This document shows, in pieces, positions 18,585-26,874 of a stretch of 64,000 bases of DNA. The stretch is from a virus. Every line of letters begins with the position of its first letter. The stretch's first letter is position 1. Position numbers and translations under genes: made by a program. The notes under the pieces were generated by a model that ran no database searches, was not told the DNA's origin, and was given only the letters and a program-made list of their open reading frames with translations. The stretch covers positions 1 through 64,000 of the IMG/VR virus record IMGVR_UViG_3300036820_000014, one strand, 5' to 3'.

Positions 18585-18922
18585 CGCTTGACTCGCTCGG
18601 TCCCGTCGACGCGAAGCTCCGCCGTTAGGCCACCCAAGTCATCGTGCAACTCAGCCCCGGGAACGAGGAGGATGTCTCCGAGCTCGACGGCTCCGCACGG
18701 GACGAGTTCGGTCCTCTGAAACTGTTGCGGTGTCACTTCGGCTTCCGGTTGAACCAGGCCACGGCCACGAGCGCGGCCAAGAGAGCCACGAAGCAGATGA
18801 CGATCGATTCCTCAAGCCCGGTCACAATCGCTCCGTGTAGTTGGCGAGCATCGTGAGGTCGTGCTCTAAGACGATGAAGAGATCGGCGACCGCGTCAGCA
18901 TCGACAAGCTGGCTGGAGGTCC

Positions 18923-19315
18923 TCATCGTTCCTCGACACGTTCATCCTGGGAGTTCTTATGAACGATCCGGCTCTTCCACAGCACCTTCGACGGTGCCCA
19001 GATACGCCACGAGTTCTGGCCCTCGGCGAGAAGCCAGACACCTCGCCATCGAGAGTGGGTGCTGGTGCCTACGCGAAGACCGAAGAGCACCCGACGGATT
19101 CGAGTATGCCAGCCGGTCGGGTCGGTCGACCTCTGAGGCGAGAGCACCCAGGCATTGAATGAGGCACCACACGCGGCGCATAGCTCGAACTCATCCCACT
19201 CATCGGGGGGCAGCACTCCCCACCATCCCTGAGGCATCTCGAAGGTGTTGCCGCGGAGACGCCCGCCAGCGTCAGCCACGGTGCGACATCGCCGACACTC
19301 GATTTTGCCTCTCAC
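18923..19315 (-). CDS. Zn-finger hypothetical protein
   Basis: CRRC...PQGW...LCAAC; GTGA overlap. Confidence 0.5.
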   Translation of the reverse strand: MRGKIECRRCRTVADAGGRLRGNTFEMPQGWWGVLPPDEWDEFELCAACGASFNAWVLSPQRSTDPTGWHTRIRRVLFGLRVGTSTHSRWRGVWLLAEGQNSWRIWAPSKVLWKSRIVHKNSQDERVEER

Positions 19316-19548
19316 GTCGCCGGCTCCCGGTTGCGAGCTGAGAGCTTGAGCGCCGCCGGTGTCACGCCGGCAACCCTGGCGATGCGGGACCAAGAAAGGC
19401 CGAGCTCCCTGAGCCGATCGACGATCCGGATTCGAGCATCGACGGCATCGCGCCGCTCATCGACGGCGAGCGAGAGCCGGGCTCCGACCGCGACCAGGTC
19501 CGCCAAGAGTTCCGGGATCTCGTCGTCGCCAGCCTTGACATGGGCCAT
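19312..19548 (-). CDS. Small HTH protein
   Basis: LRELGLSWSRIARVAGVT; TACCAT 8 nt before ATG. Confidence 0.7.
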   Translation of the reverse strand: MAHVKAGDDEIPELLADLVAVGARLSLAVDERRDAVDARIRIVDRLRELGLSWSRIARVAGVTPAALKLSARNREPAT

Positions 19549-19583
19549 CGGGCCGCATGGTAGCCCGCTACACCCGCAGCCAC

Positions 19584-20288
19584 CTACCCGTTCCTCTCGT
19601 AGACGTACAGGGCGTCATGGATCCCCTCCCATTGGGGGATGTCGACCTCTCTCACGACGTGCCAGCGCTTCTCGATCTGACGCCAGAACAGCCACCCGGC
19701 GCAGCATCCCCAGGACTCTTCGCCGACGTAGATGAACCGGTCGCCCGTGTAGAGACGGAGGGCGTTGTAGGCCATGCATTGACGCTGCTTGCGTGCCGTG
19801 GCCAGGTCGAACGGCTCAGTCCCCTCGAAGGGTGGCCAGCATAGAAACAGGGTTCGATCGGGTTCGATCCGGACCCACGACTCGGTTCCATAGTCGACAC
19901 GGGTCCACGTGGGGCTGCCCTGGAACCACCAGTTATCGCAAGAGTCGGGTGGATGACGATCGACGGCCACGACGTCGGCTCGAGCAAGGCGCAAGAGCCA
20001 TGCCCAGTAGCCCGTGCCGGCCCCGATTTCGAGGATGGGTGAGTAGCTGGCTATTGCCTCGATGGCCTCAGGTGTGGGGATGGCGTACGAGTAGCGGTTG
20101 ACAAGTCGATTGCGATCGTGGCGCGCGTCCTCCCATTGCTGCGCCCACAGGATGAGGTCATCCTGCGAGGACGACCTTGGGAGCGGGTCGCGGCGGACAC
20201 GCTGGAACTCGGTCAGGTACGGGTTGCCCATCATCGGGTCGATGGTGACTAGGGCCATCGAGGTCACGATCGTGCGTGCGTCGCTCAC
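19584..20288 (-). CDS. Class I SAM-dependent methyltransferase-like protein
   Basis: YSYAIP, ILEIGAGTGYW, VVAVD, LFLCWPP, IYVGE. Confidence 0.8.
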   Translation of the reverse strand: MSDARTIVTSMALVTIDPMMGNPYLTEFQRVRRDPLPRSSSQDDLILWAQQWEDARHDRNRLVNRYSYAIPTPEAIEAIASYSPILEIGAGTGYWAWLLRLARADVVAVDRHPPDSCDNWWFQGSPTWTRVDYGTESWVRIEPDRTLFLCWPPFEGTEPFDLATARKQRQCMAYNALRLYTGDRFIYVGEESWGCCAGWLFWRQIEKRWHVVREVDIPQWEGIHDALYVYERNG

Positions 20289-20505
20289 GGCCGCAGGCTC
20301 CCCAGCCTGTGCTGGACCTGGTACTCGAGCCATCTGATCCCCCAGCCACGGGTGAGCGGGAACGACGCCCTCTCTCGGCCGACCCGCAGGGAAGCGTGAC
20401 CTCGCCAGCCAGAGTCGGCGTGCAGCCCGAGGATGCGCATCACCTGGACCGGAGTGCCGGCGAGCATGCGGATCCCGACGCCTGAGCGTGAGTAGCGGAA
20501 GACCG

Positions 20506-20916
20506 TCAGCGTTTCCGGGTCGGCCGCTGTGGCTTCCCGATGTCCGTGGGGTCCCACCCGTAGGTCCCCGGAGCCGTTGCCGGGGTAGCGAGCCAGCGGG
20601 CTATCTGGCTCAGATCGTCGGTGGGTCTGAGCACCCACGCGCGTCCAGTCGGGATGGCGGCGAACCGGGCGAGCCATTCGATCTGACCCTCCTGGAATGG
20701 CGTCGGCTTGCCCCGTGAGTCGAAGCCCTTTACCTCGATCGCCAGGATGAATGTCTGGCGGAGGCCCACCAAATCTGGCCAACCCTTCGCCGTTGTCGGA
20801 GTACGCCATCCGTGCTTGGTCCTCAACGGATACACGTGCATCGTGTCCCAGTGAAAGACGGTCAACGTCTCGACGAGGAGTTTCTGAAATTCGCTCTCCG
20901 GTAGGAGGTCCGTCAC
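20506..20916 (-). CDS. VRR-NUC domain nuclease
   Basis: ESEFQ, KGWPDL, IEVK, Q.EW, VLRP.D. Confidence 0.85.
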   Translation of the reverse strand: MTDLLPESEFQKLLVETLTVFHWDTMHVYPLRTKHGWRTPTTAKGWPDLVGLRQTFILAIEVKGFDSRGKPTPFQEGQIEWLARFAAIPTGRAWVLRPTDDLSQIARWLATPATAPGTYGWDPTDIGKPQRPTRKR

Positions 20917-20950
20917 GCACGCCTACTCCCTTTCAGTCCCGACGACGTCG

Positions 20951-20994
20951 GGCACGGTCCCCTCCCGTTAGGCCCGAGATTCTGGGACCGTGCC
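20951..20994. terminator. Stem-loop, probable terminator
   Basis: 11-bp inverted repeat GGCACGGTCCC/GGGACCGTGCC in intergenic space. Confidence 0.5.
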
Positions 20995-21022
20995 GTTAGC
21001 CGTCAGGAAACCTACGGCCTTG

Positions 21023-21418
21023 TCAGGCGGATTTCGCAATCGCCGTCTTCGGACGAGGCGTGACCTGCTTGCGAGCAAGAGTCGCTTTCGACGGCGCTGG
21101 AATGCGGATGGCCGCTACCACCTTGTCTCCGCCAGACGGTGACCGCTTGGCTCTTACGGCCTTGACCTTCGAGGTGCTCGCTCGATGGCCAATTGCTACG
21201 CCGTTCGGCAATTCGACGTCCCAGTCGGTGCCGAGAGGATCCTTTACTCCGAGCCGCTTCAGGATCTCCGTCAGACGCTTCGTGCTCACACGGTCTGGCG
21301 ATTTGTTGTCGATACCTGAGGTCTGAAAGTAGGCGACCCCGGAGAGACTGTTTTGTCCCTTCCCCGGAGCGCTACTCAGCTGCTTTCCGCGGACGATAAA
21401 GTGTCCCTGGTCAGCCAT
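21023..21418 (-). CDS. Basic protein with Lys/Ala-rich tail
   Basis: RBS AAGGGAG; CCAACCCA leader. Confidence 0.6.
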   Translation of the reverse strand: MADQGHFIVRGKQLSSAPGKGQNSLSGVAYFQTSGIDNKSPDRVSTKRLTEILKRLGVKDPLGTDWDVELPNGVAIGHRASTSKVKAVRAKRSPSGGDKVVAAIRIPAPSKATLARKQVTPRPKTAIAKSA

Positions 21419-21493
21419 GATCTGACTCCCTTCCCTTGGGTTGGATGTTGCGCAACCAAGGTTCGCTTCTTCCATTGCGGAAAGCAAGCGGGA

Positions 21494-22582
21494 TCAGATC
21501 GGCTCCGCACCCAGCCCTCCGACACATCCAGGAGACAACCAAGCCCGCTCTCGGCCTCGGTTGGCTGAATTCCTTGTCTCTCCGGATGAGTTGCCCATCG
21601 CTCGACGAGCTCGCCACCACACGGTCCGCCAACCCGGCAAGTCAAAATCCTCGTTGTATCCCGCCACCACGATCCTCATCCCAGGAAGTGCTTCATTCTC
21701 TCGGCACCAACCCTGGATGGCATCGTGAAGATCATCGTCGACCTCGTGCGCATAAACCTCGGATCGCTCATTGAGCCGGTATGGGGGATCGAGGAATACG
21801 CCCATGCTGTTGGCACCACTCATCGCTCCCGTCGTAACGATGCGTGACCAGTTCCCCGACGCACATCGGACGCTTCGCAGACGGGCCGACAGATGACCGA
21901 ACCAGTCTTGGAGGTCTTCGTAGCTCCGCACTGTTGACTTACTGGCGTTCTGGGCATTGACCCGAGGGATGTGCCGGGTGACACCCTGGGCGCTCGTCAT
22001 GTGAGGCCGTTTGCGATCGACCCCATTGGCTTCACTGATGCGAGGGATTTGCTTTCTAAATCCTTTCGCCTCAGAGCGCCGACTCTTTTGGACTCGTCCA
22101 TCGACTACGCGCCACGGGCCAGTTCCGGAACACCAACCTGAGCCAATCCAATTCGATAGGCCCCACGCCCACCACCCGGCGATCTTTGCATCGCAGTAGT
22201 CCGGGTCGGCCTCGAGTCGGCTGGCTAACTCCGAGCCGTGGTTAACCAACCAGAGATGTCGTGCGGTGAGGTCCAGCTCGTGGACGTGGCTGTCGGCCCA
22301 GCGAGCGACCTCATCGGGGTCGGACTTGATCGCGCGCCAGAAGTTGGCGACATATCCATCCTTGTCATTAACCAATTCCCGACGTCGAGCACATTCTTGG
22401 ATCTCGAGCGGTCGCCTGAGCAGGACCGCCAGTGATCCGCCAAATGGCTCTGCGAAGACGTCCGGATTGCCGAGAGCCCTCCACACAAGAGGAGCGAGTT
22501 GGCTCTTTCCGCCGAAGTAGGGAAAGGGTGCCGCCAGCCGAGGGTCTATTGCTTCAGCCACTCGGTCCCACACTTCGGGCAC
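21494..22582 (-). CDS. DNA adenine methyltransferase (Dam/D12 class)
   Basis: PFPYFGGKS, EPFGGS, VND, FLDPPY. Confidence 0.9.
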   Translation of the reverse strand: MPEVWDRVAEAIDPRLAAPFPYFGGKSQLAPLVWRALGNPDVFAEPFGGSLAVLLRRPLEIQECARRRELVNDKDGYVANFWRAIKSDPDEVARWADSHVHELDLTARHLWLVNHGSELASRLEADPDYCDAKIAGWWAWGLSNWIGSGWCSGTGPWRVVDGRVQKSRRSEAKGFRKQIPRISEANGVDRKRPHMTSAQGVTRHIPRVNAQNASKSTVRSYEDLQDWFGHLSARLRSVRCASGNWSRIVTTGAMSGANSMGVFLDPPYRLNERSEVYAHEVDDDLHDAIQGWCRENEALPGMRIVVAGYNEDFDLPGWRTVWWRARRAMGNSSGETRNSANRGRERAWLSPGCVGGLGAEPI

Positions 22583-23223
22583 TGGAGCGTCTCGGGCTCC
22601 TTGCGCGCATCGAAGCTGACTCGCTCGGTCTGAGCCGAGTCCTCAGCCTGGATCGAATCGAGGATCGCTCCGACGTCGACCTGGTCGAATCCGATTCCTT
22701 CAAGCGAGCCGGCGTTCGCGTGGGTCTCGATGATGGCGGTCAGGTTCGGGACGTGCCATCCGCCTAACTCCACAAGTCGGTTGACCCCGACGAGCATGGC
22801 CCGTGCCTCGTCGTCATCGATGGAGGACCAGCCCTCGTAGACCGGAGCCATCCAGACTCCGTCCTCGTCTATCACGATCCCCTCAGGTAAGTCTTCGGCA
22901 GAGTCCGCCATCTCGGCCAGTAGCGCATCCGTGCGGCCGTGGCCTTCGGCTATCAGACCCGTGCGTCCGTCGATGACGATGGGAGAGATGAAGCCGAAGC
23001 GTCGGATCGATGCTCGAATCTCTGCGTCAGCGTGGAGCTTCGGGTTGTCCGGATTCGGCGGGAGGTCCGTGATCCGCCTATAGCCGAGGCTCCTGGGCGA
23101 GATCACCGCGTCGGGGACGGCCGCGTCGGGAGTTGCAAGATCTGTCACTGGCCGGATGTTACGGCCGGGCGAGCCATCCCGCTTCTCTTGCTTCGATCGG
23201 ATGCTGGTTATGGATCCAGTCAT
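22546..23223 (-). CDS. ParB-like N-terminal domain protein with C-terminal Zn ribbon
   Basis: NPKLH, SIRRFGF.SPIVID, EGHGR, NRL.E.GGW, CPKCG. Confidence 0.8.
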   Translation of the reverse strand: MTGSITSIRSKQEKRDGSPGRNIRPVTDLATPDAAVPDAVISPRSLGYRRITDLPPNPDNPKLHADAEIRASIRRFGFISPIVIDGRTGLIAEGHGRTDALLAEMADSAEDLPEGIVIDEDGVWMAPVYEGWSSIDDDEARAMLVGVNRLVELGGWHVPNLTAIIETHANAGSLEGIGFDQVDVGAILDSIQAEDSAQTERVSFDARKEPETLQCPKCGTEWLKQ

Positions 23224-23533
23224 GGCACTCGAGGCAGATGTGCAAGAGGTTGGTCAGGAGATTCTTGCCCCCGTCAGAGACGGGAAGGACGTGATGGCGG
23301 TGCTCGCCCCAGTAGTGGCACTTGGCCGAGACGAGGATCTCGCACACACCGTGCGACCTCTCGAGCAACGCCGGCGTGATGGCGTCCAACTCGTCGAGGA
23401 AGGCCCGTTTCTCCGGACTGATCCGACGCAGCCCTTTCCGACGCGGCCGAAGCGGAGCGCGCTTTAAGCGGGTTTCCGAACGCTTCATCTCGGTCCGTTT
23501 CATCTGAACCGGATGCCGGCTTTCACCGCTCAT
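23159..23533 (-). CDS. HNH endonuclease
   Basis: CEI...HH...GG...NLLHICLECHDWIH. Confidence 0.85.
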   Translation of the reverse strand: MSGESRHPVQMKRTEMKRSETRLKRAPLRPRRKGLRRISPEKRAFLDELDAITPALLERSHGVCEILVSAKCHYWGEHRHHVLPVSDGGKNLLTNLLHICLECHDWIHNQHPIEAREAGWLARP

Positions 23534-23728
23534 CTTTCCGTGGCCACTCAGCGAGGACCTGAGGTGTTCCCTTCACGTACTCCCGGTGCTTGCCGCTGTG
23601 AGCTGGCGGACGGTTGCAGACCGGATCACGCTCGAGTTTCCACCGGGTCATCTCGACTCGCTGGTCCCAGGTCGGGGTCTCGCCGCATAGGTGTGCCGCT
23701 ACGACTGGCGGTGTGCCGCGTCGAGGAC

Positions 23729-23983
23729 TCACGCCGGTGCGAGATGGCCAAGCGAGCGACGGAACTGACCGCGGCGCCTGCGTCTCTGGTTCTCCATGAT
23801 CCCTTCGAACCCGGTCCCGCAAGCCGGACAGAGATCATGGACCAGGCCATCCCACTCACGACGGGCCCAGCCTTTTCTCTGGGCTCGGTGCCGGGCGTCT
23901 CCGATGGTCAGCACCGTGTCGCCGACCGCTATGTCGATGCGGTTCCGACAGAGGTCGCAACGGATGGTGATGAGGGCGATCAC
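23729..23983 (-). CDS. Zn-finger hypothetical protein
   Basis: CDLC...GW...DLCPAC. Confidence 0.65.
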   Translation of the reverse strand: MIALITIRCDLCRNRIDIAVGDTVLTIGDARHRAQRKGWARREWDGLVHDLCPACGTGFEGIMENQRRRRRGQFRRSLGHLAPA

Positions 23984-24201
23984 TCAGATGACTCCTTTGC
24001 CGCGTCTAGGGCGATGCCCTGGACGACTTCTGAATCGACGAAGTTCACGACCAGGCCACCGCGGTAGCCGACCATTGCCGCCAGAAGCCAGCGAGGAAGG
24101 CCGCAGAGCATGACGATCGCTCGCTCCGGATCATCACGGACGAGGGTCGTGTACTCGGTGGAGGCTCGGATGGCAGCGAGATTGTCAGGACTGAGATCCA
24201 C
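23980..24201 (-). CDS. Hypothetical protein
   Basis: Follows operator/promoter at 24218. Confidence 0.55.
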   Translation of the reverse strand: MDLSPDNLAAIRASTEYTTLVRDDPERAIVMLCGLPRWLLAAMVGYRGGLVVNFVDSEVVQGIALDAAKESSE

Positions 24202-24217
24202 CGCCGCACCTCTTCGA

Positions 24218-24234
24218 CTATAGCCACGCTTTAG
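24218..24234. promoter_or_regulatory. 17-bp operator copy, overlapping TATAGT -10 (minus strand)
   Basis: CTATAGCCACGCTTTAG fits CTAWA-N7-TWTAG. Confidence 0.6.
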
Positions 24235-24298
24235 CCAAGCGGCTCGTTGGCACCCGCTCGAAGAGTACGCGGGACCGACCCTGGGATGGCGGTCCTTT

Positions 24299-24484
24299 TC
24301 ACCGCCTCGGTCCGGCGTACCAACGACGAATCTCCTCCTGGTCGCGCGTCAGCCCTTCGACCTCATCTACAGCCTGCATCGTGGCGAACACGATGAAGTC
24401 AGCCATGCTGGTCTGCAACCCAGCGCAGACGGTCTTGATGCGTGTTATCTGAGACGGCGAGAACTGGACATCTCGATTGCCCAA
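24299..24484 (-). CDS. Small RHH-like protein
   Basis: VQFS...IKTVCAGLQTSMADFIVFA. Confidence 0.5.
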   Translation of the reverse strand: MGNRDVQFSPSQITRIKTVCAGLQTSMADFIVFATMQAVDEVEGLTRDQEEIRRWYAGPRR

Positions 24485-24497
24485 GTCCTAGTCCTCG

Positions 24498-24926
24498 TCA
24501 CCATCGTCGTCGTTCAGGGTCATCTTCCTCGCCGACTGGGTCGACCCCTACCAACCTGAACTGGCCTTTCGCTTCTTGCGTATCGCGCTCGCGCTTGTCT
24601 GCCACCTTGCCAACCATCTTGTCGAGCCGCGTGCCGGTGTCTTTGCGATCATCGATCATCACGATCACCGCATCAAACTCCTCGATCTGATGTATTCCAA
24701 GCAGCAAGCCGTCCTCTTTCGAGTAGACGTTGGCATAGCTGGTCTTGCGCTGGCGGATCCGCATCAGACAGTCCTCGTAGCCGTCTGTCTGGAAGACGTG
24801 CGGTGCTATGTCCACCGAGTCCTCCAGCCCGTTGCCCGTCTTCTTGATGACGATCGACTGGCCGAGAATCGGTAGCCCGTTGTGCTCGCCGAGGTCGTTG
24901 TCTTCGTCAGTGTTTGCCACGGTCAT
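24498..24926 (-). CDS. Conserved actinophage hypothetical protein
   Basis: RBS GAGAGGAA; KKTGNGLEDSV; ATGA overlap. Confidence 0.65.
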   Translation of the reverse strand: MTVANTDEDNDLGEHNGLPILGQSIVIKKTGNGLEDSVDIAPHVFQTDGYEDCLMRIRQRKTSYANVYSKEDGLLLGIHQIEEFDAVIVMIDDRKDTGTRLDKMVGKVADKRERDTQEAKGQFRLVGVDPVGEEDDPERRRW

Positions 24927-26644
24927 TTGGTTCCTCTCTGTTGTTGGATCATGCGTCGGCCTATCCACTCTGCGACCGGAACGCAAACGGCATTGCCGAG
25001 CGTGCGGTATCGAGCTGAGTCGTTCAGAGTCGAGGTCCAGTCATCGGGGAATCCCTGGAGTCGTTCCACCTCCAGGGGCGTTAATCGTCGGACAGCGAGA
25101 CTCCCCTGTGCTGATTCGTTTTCACCGCTCGTGGATCGCCCCACCGCTTGAACCTCTGATAATGCTTGTCGCACAGGCCCAAGCCCTTCTGAGGCTTGCC
25201 ACATACCGTGCAAAGTGCACGTCCGCAATGCTCCTTCATGTGACAGGAACGACAAATACGTATCAAGTTGGTCGGCGAGTTGTTCAGGTGGTCGCCGTCC
25301 CGGTGGTGGACGTCCCTCGCTGAGGATCTCCCGCACTTCGAGCATGGTCCCGGTGGACAGATGGCCCGCGCTCGTCTGTGCGTTGTGGACCAGTTCGGGG
25401 TCTTGCTCAGGTATCGCCCAGTGAACCCCATCGCCATGCACTTCTGATGGCAGAACTTCCGGCGTTCGAAGTGGAACAAGGACTCCAAGACACCATTCGA
25501 CAAACGCTTCCTCTCCAACCTCTTCCCGCAGGACTCGCAGTACCGCTCCGGATCTGGCTTCCTCGGCATCGGCACGCGAATCACTGTAACCACCGGGTGA
25601 GGCTAGGACAGCAGTCGCGGTCCTAGCCGTGTGCCCGATCGCATCGAGGGTGTCGGTGCGGTCAGTCTCTTCCCATCGCTCGCAATCATCGGAGTCATGC
25701 GCCCGTTGCGCCTTGCGGTAGGCCACGACACGAACGCCTCGCTCGGTCGTCTTTGCTCCGTCGGTAGCCGAGATGGTCGGTGCCAGGTCGGTCGGAGTGG
25801 CCACCAGATCGGCTCCTTGCCCTGACTCTGGGTAGATCGAGAAGGCGACCAGGTGATGGGGTTCTTTTGCCTCATGGGCCGCAATTGGCGCGATCTGCTC
25901 CACCTCGTCCCACCATTCGTGGCCCGTCTCGGACGACACCGATACGCGCTCGTGCACGGCTACTCGGGCGCTGATGGCTGCTCCAGATTGGCCGACTGCT
26001 CCAGCGCTTGCCGCAAGCGTCCCGGCAACTCGCGACCCCGTCTCCCTGCTCGGCGGAGAATCCCCATCGCAGCTCTCGGGCTCAAAAAGTACCGAGAGTG
26101 CACCGGCTCTGTCTCCAAGACATCCGACAATGAAGACACGGCGGCGGCGCTGGGCCACTCCGAAGAATTGAGCGTCAAGCACCCGGTAGGCCCACCCATA
26201 CCCGAGTTCGGCCAGGGTTCCGAGAACCGTTGCCATGTCAGCTCCAGGACAGCATCCGGCACACTCGGCGTCATCGCATCCGGTGGGCTTGTGGCCCGAC
26301 GAAAGCAGTCCAGGGACGTTCTCGATGAGAACCCAACGGGGAGCAAGCGCCTCACTGACACGTACGAACTCGGTGAAAAGTCCGGATCGCTCGCCAGCCA
26401 GTCCCTTACGACGTCCAGCCACACTGACGTCTTGGCACGGGAATCCTCCGCAGAGAACATCGACTCTTGGGGCATCGGGACCTATCTCTTTCACATCATC
26501 GAAGCGGAGCATCTCCGGCCAGTGGAACTCCAGAACTTTGCGCGCGTCGGGATCGATCTCGCACTGCCAGGCACACGTCATCCCCGCTCGTTCGAGCCCC
26601 AGTCCTATGCCTTCGATCCCACTGAAGAGGGAACCGAATCTCAC
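24923..26644 (-). CDS. C5-cytosine DNA methyltransferase
   Basis: Motifs I SLFSGIEG, IV GGFPCQD, VI ENVPG, VIII QRRRRVF, IX RRLTPLEVERLQGFP, X RYRTLGNAV. Confidence 0.92.
   Translation of the reverse strand: MRFGSLFSGIEGIGLGLERAGMTCAWQCEIDPDARKVLEFHWPEMLRFDDVKEIGPDAPRVDVLCGGFPCQDVSVAGRRKGLAGERSGLFTEFVRVSEALAPRWVLIENVPGLLSSGHKPTGCDDAECAGCCPGADMATVLGTLAELGYGWAYRVLDAQFFGVAQRRRRVFIVGCLGDRAGALSVLFEPESCDGDSPPSRETGSRVAGTLAASAGAVGQSGAAISARVAVHERVSVSSETGHEWWDEVEQIAPIAAHEAKEPHHLVAFSIYPESGQGADLVATPTDLAPTISATDGAKTTERGVRVVAYRKAQRAHDSDDCERWEETDRTDTLDAIGHTARTATAVLASPGGYSDSRADAEEARSGAVLRVLREEVGEEAFVEWCLGVLVPLRTPEVLPSEVHGDGVHWAIPEQDPELVHNAQTSAGHLSTGTMLEVREILSEGRPPPGRRPPEQLADQLDTYLSFLSHEGALRTCTLHGMWQASEGLGPVRQALSEVQAVGRSTSGENESAQGSLAVRRLTPLEVERLQGFPDDWTSTLNDSARYRTLGNAVCVPVAEWIGRRMIQQQRGTK
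25081..25575 (-). CDS. HNH endonuclease nested out of frame in the C5-MTase gene
   Basis: CESCGK...KFCHQKC, CSKCG...DVHHRDGDHLNNSPTNLIRICRSCHMKEH, CTVCGK...GLCDKHYQRFKRWGDP; TACAGT 7 nt before GTG. Confidence 0.85.
   Translation of the reverse strand: MPMPRKPDPERYCESCGKRLERKRLSNGVLESLFHFERRKFCHQKCMAMGFTGRYLSKTPNWSTTHRRARAICPPGPCSKCGRSSARDVHHRDGDHLNNSPTNLIRICRSCHMKEHCGRALCTVCGKPQKGLGLCDKHYQRFKRWGDPRAVKTNQHRGVSLSDD
25960..26475 (-). CDS. Alternative-frame polypeptide within C5-MTase (M.EcoHK31I beta-like)
   Basis: WPNSGM...SEWPSAAAVSSLSDVLE...YFLSPRAAMGILRRAGRRGRELP. Confidence 0.7.
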   Translation of the reverse strand: MPQESMFSAEDSRAKTSVWLDVVRDWLASDPDFSPSSYVSVRRLLPVGFSSRTSLDCFRRATSPPDAMTPSVPDAVLELTWQRFSEPWPNSGMGGPTGCLTLNSSEWPSAAAVSSLSDVLETEPVHSRYFLSPRAAMGILRRAGRRGRELPGRLRQALEQSANLEQPSAPE

Positions 26645-26874
26645 GCGTGGGCCCTGCCCCTGCAGGTGGCGAAGTGAGCGAAGCGACGTGGGCCTTCATG
26701 GACCTCGTCCTTTTTCAGGATCCTCACCATTGGCACATCGGAGTCTGGATCGATCATCACGACCTTGGCCTTGTCGCCTTTGTCTGGCCACGGGTTGACG
26801 GGCATGCGCTTGCCCTTCTCAGTCACACACCACACGATCGCCACGCCGCAACGATTGCATTTGGTTGTCTTCAC
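26641..26874 (-). CDS. Conserved phage Zn-binding protein
   Basis: CNRCG.AIVW..T..GKRMPV...HFATC. Confidence 0.75.
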   Translation of the reverse strand: MKTTKCNRCGVAIVWCVTEKGKRMPVNPWPDKGDKAKVVMIDPDSDVPMVRILKKDEVHEGPRRFAHFATCRGRAHA

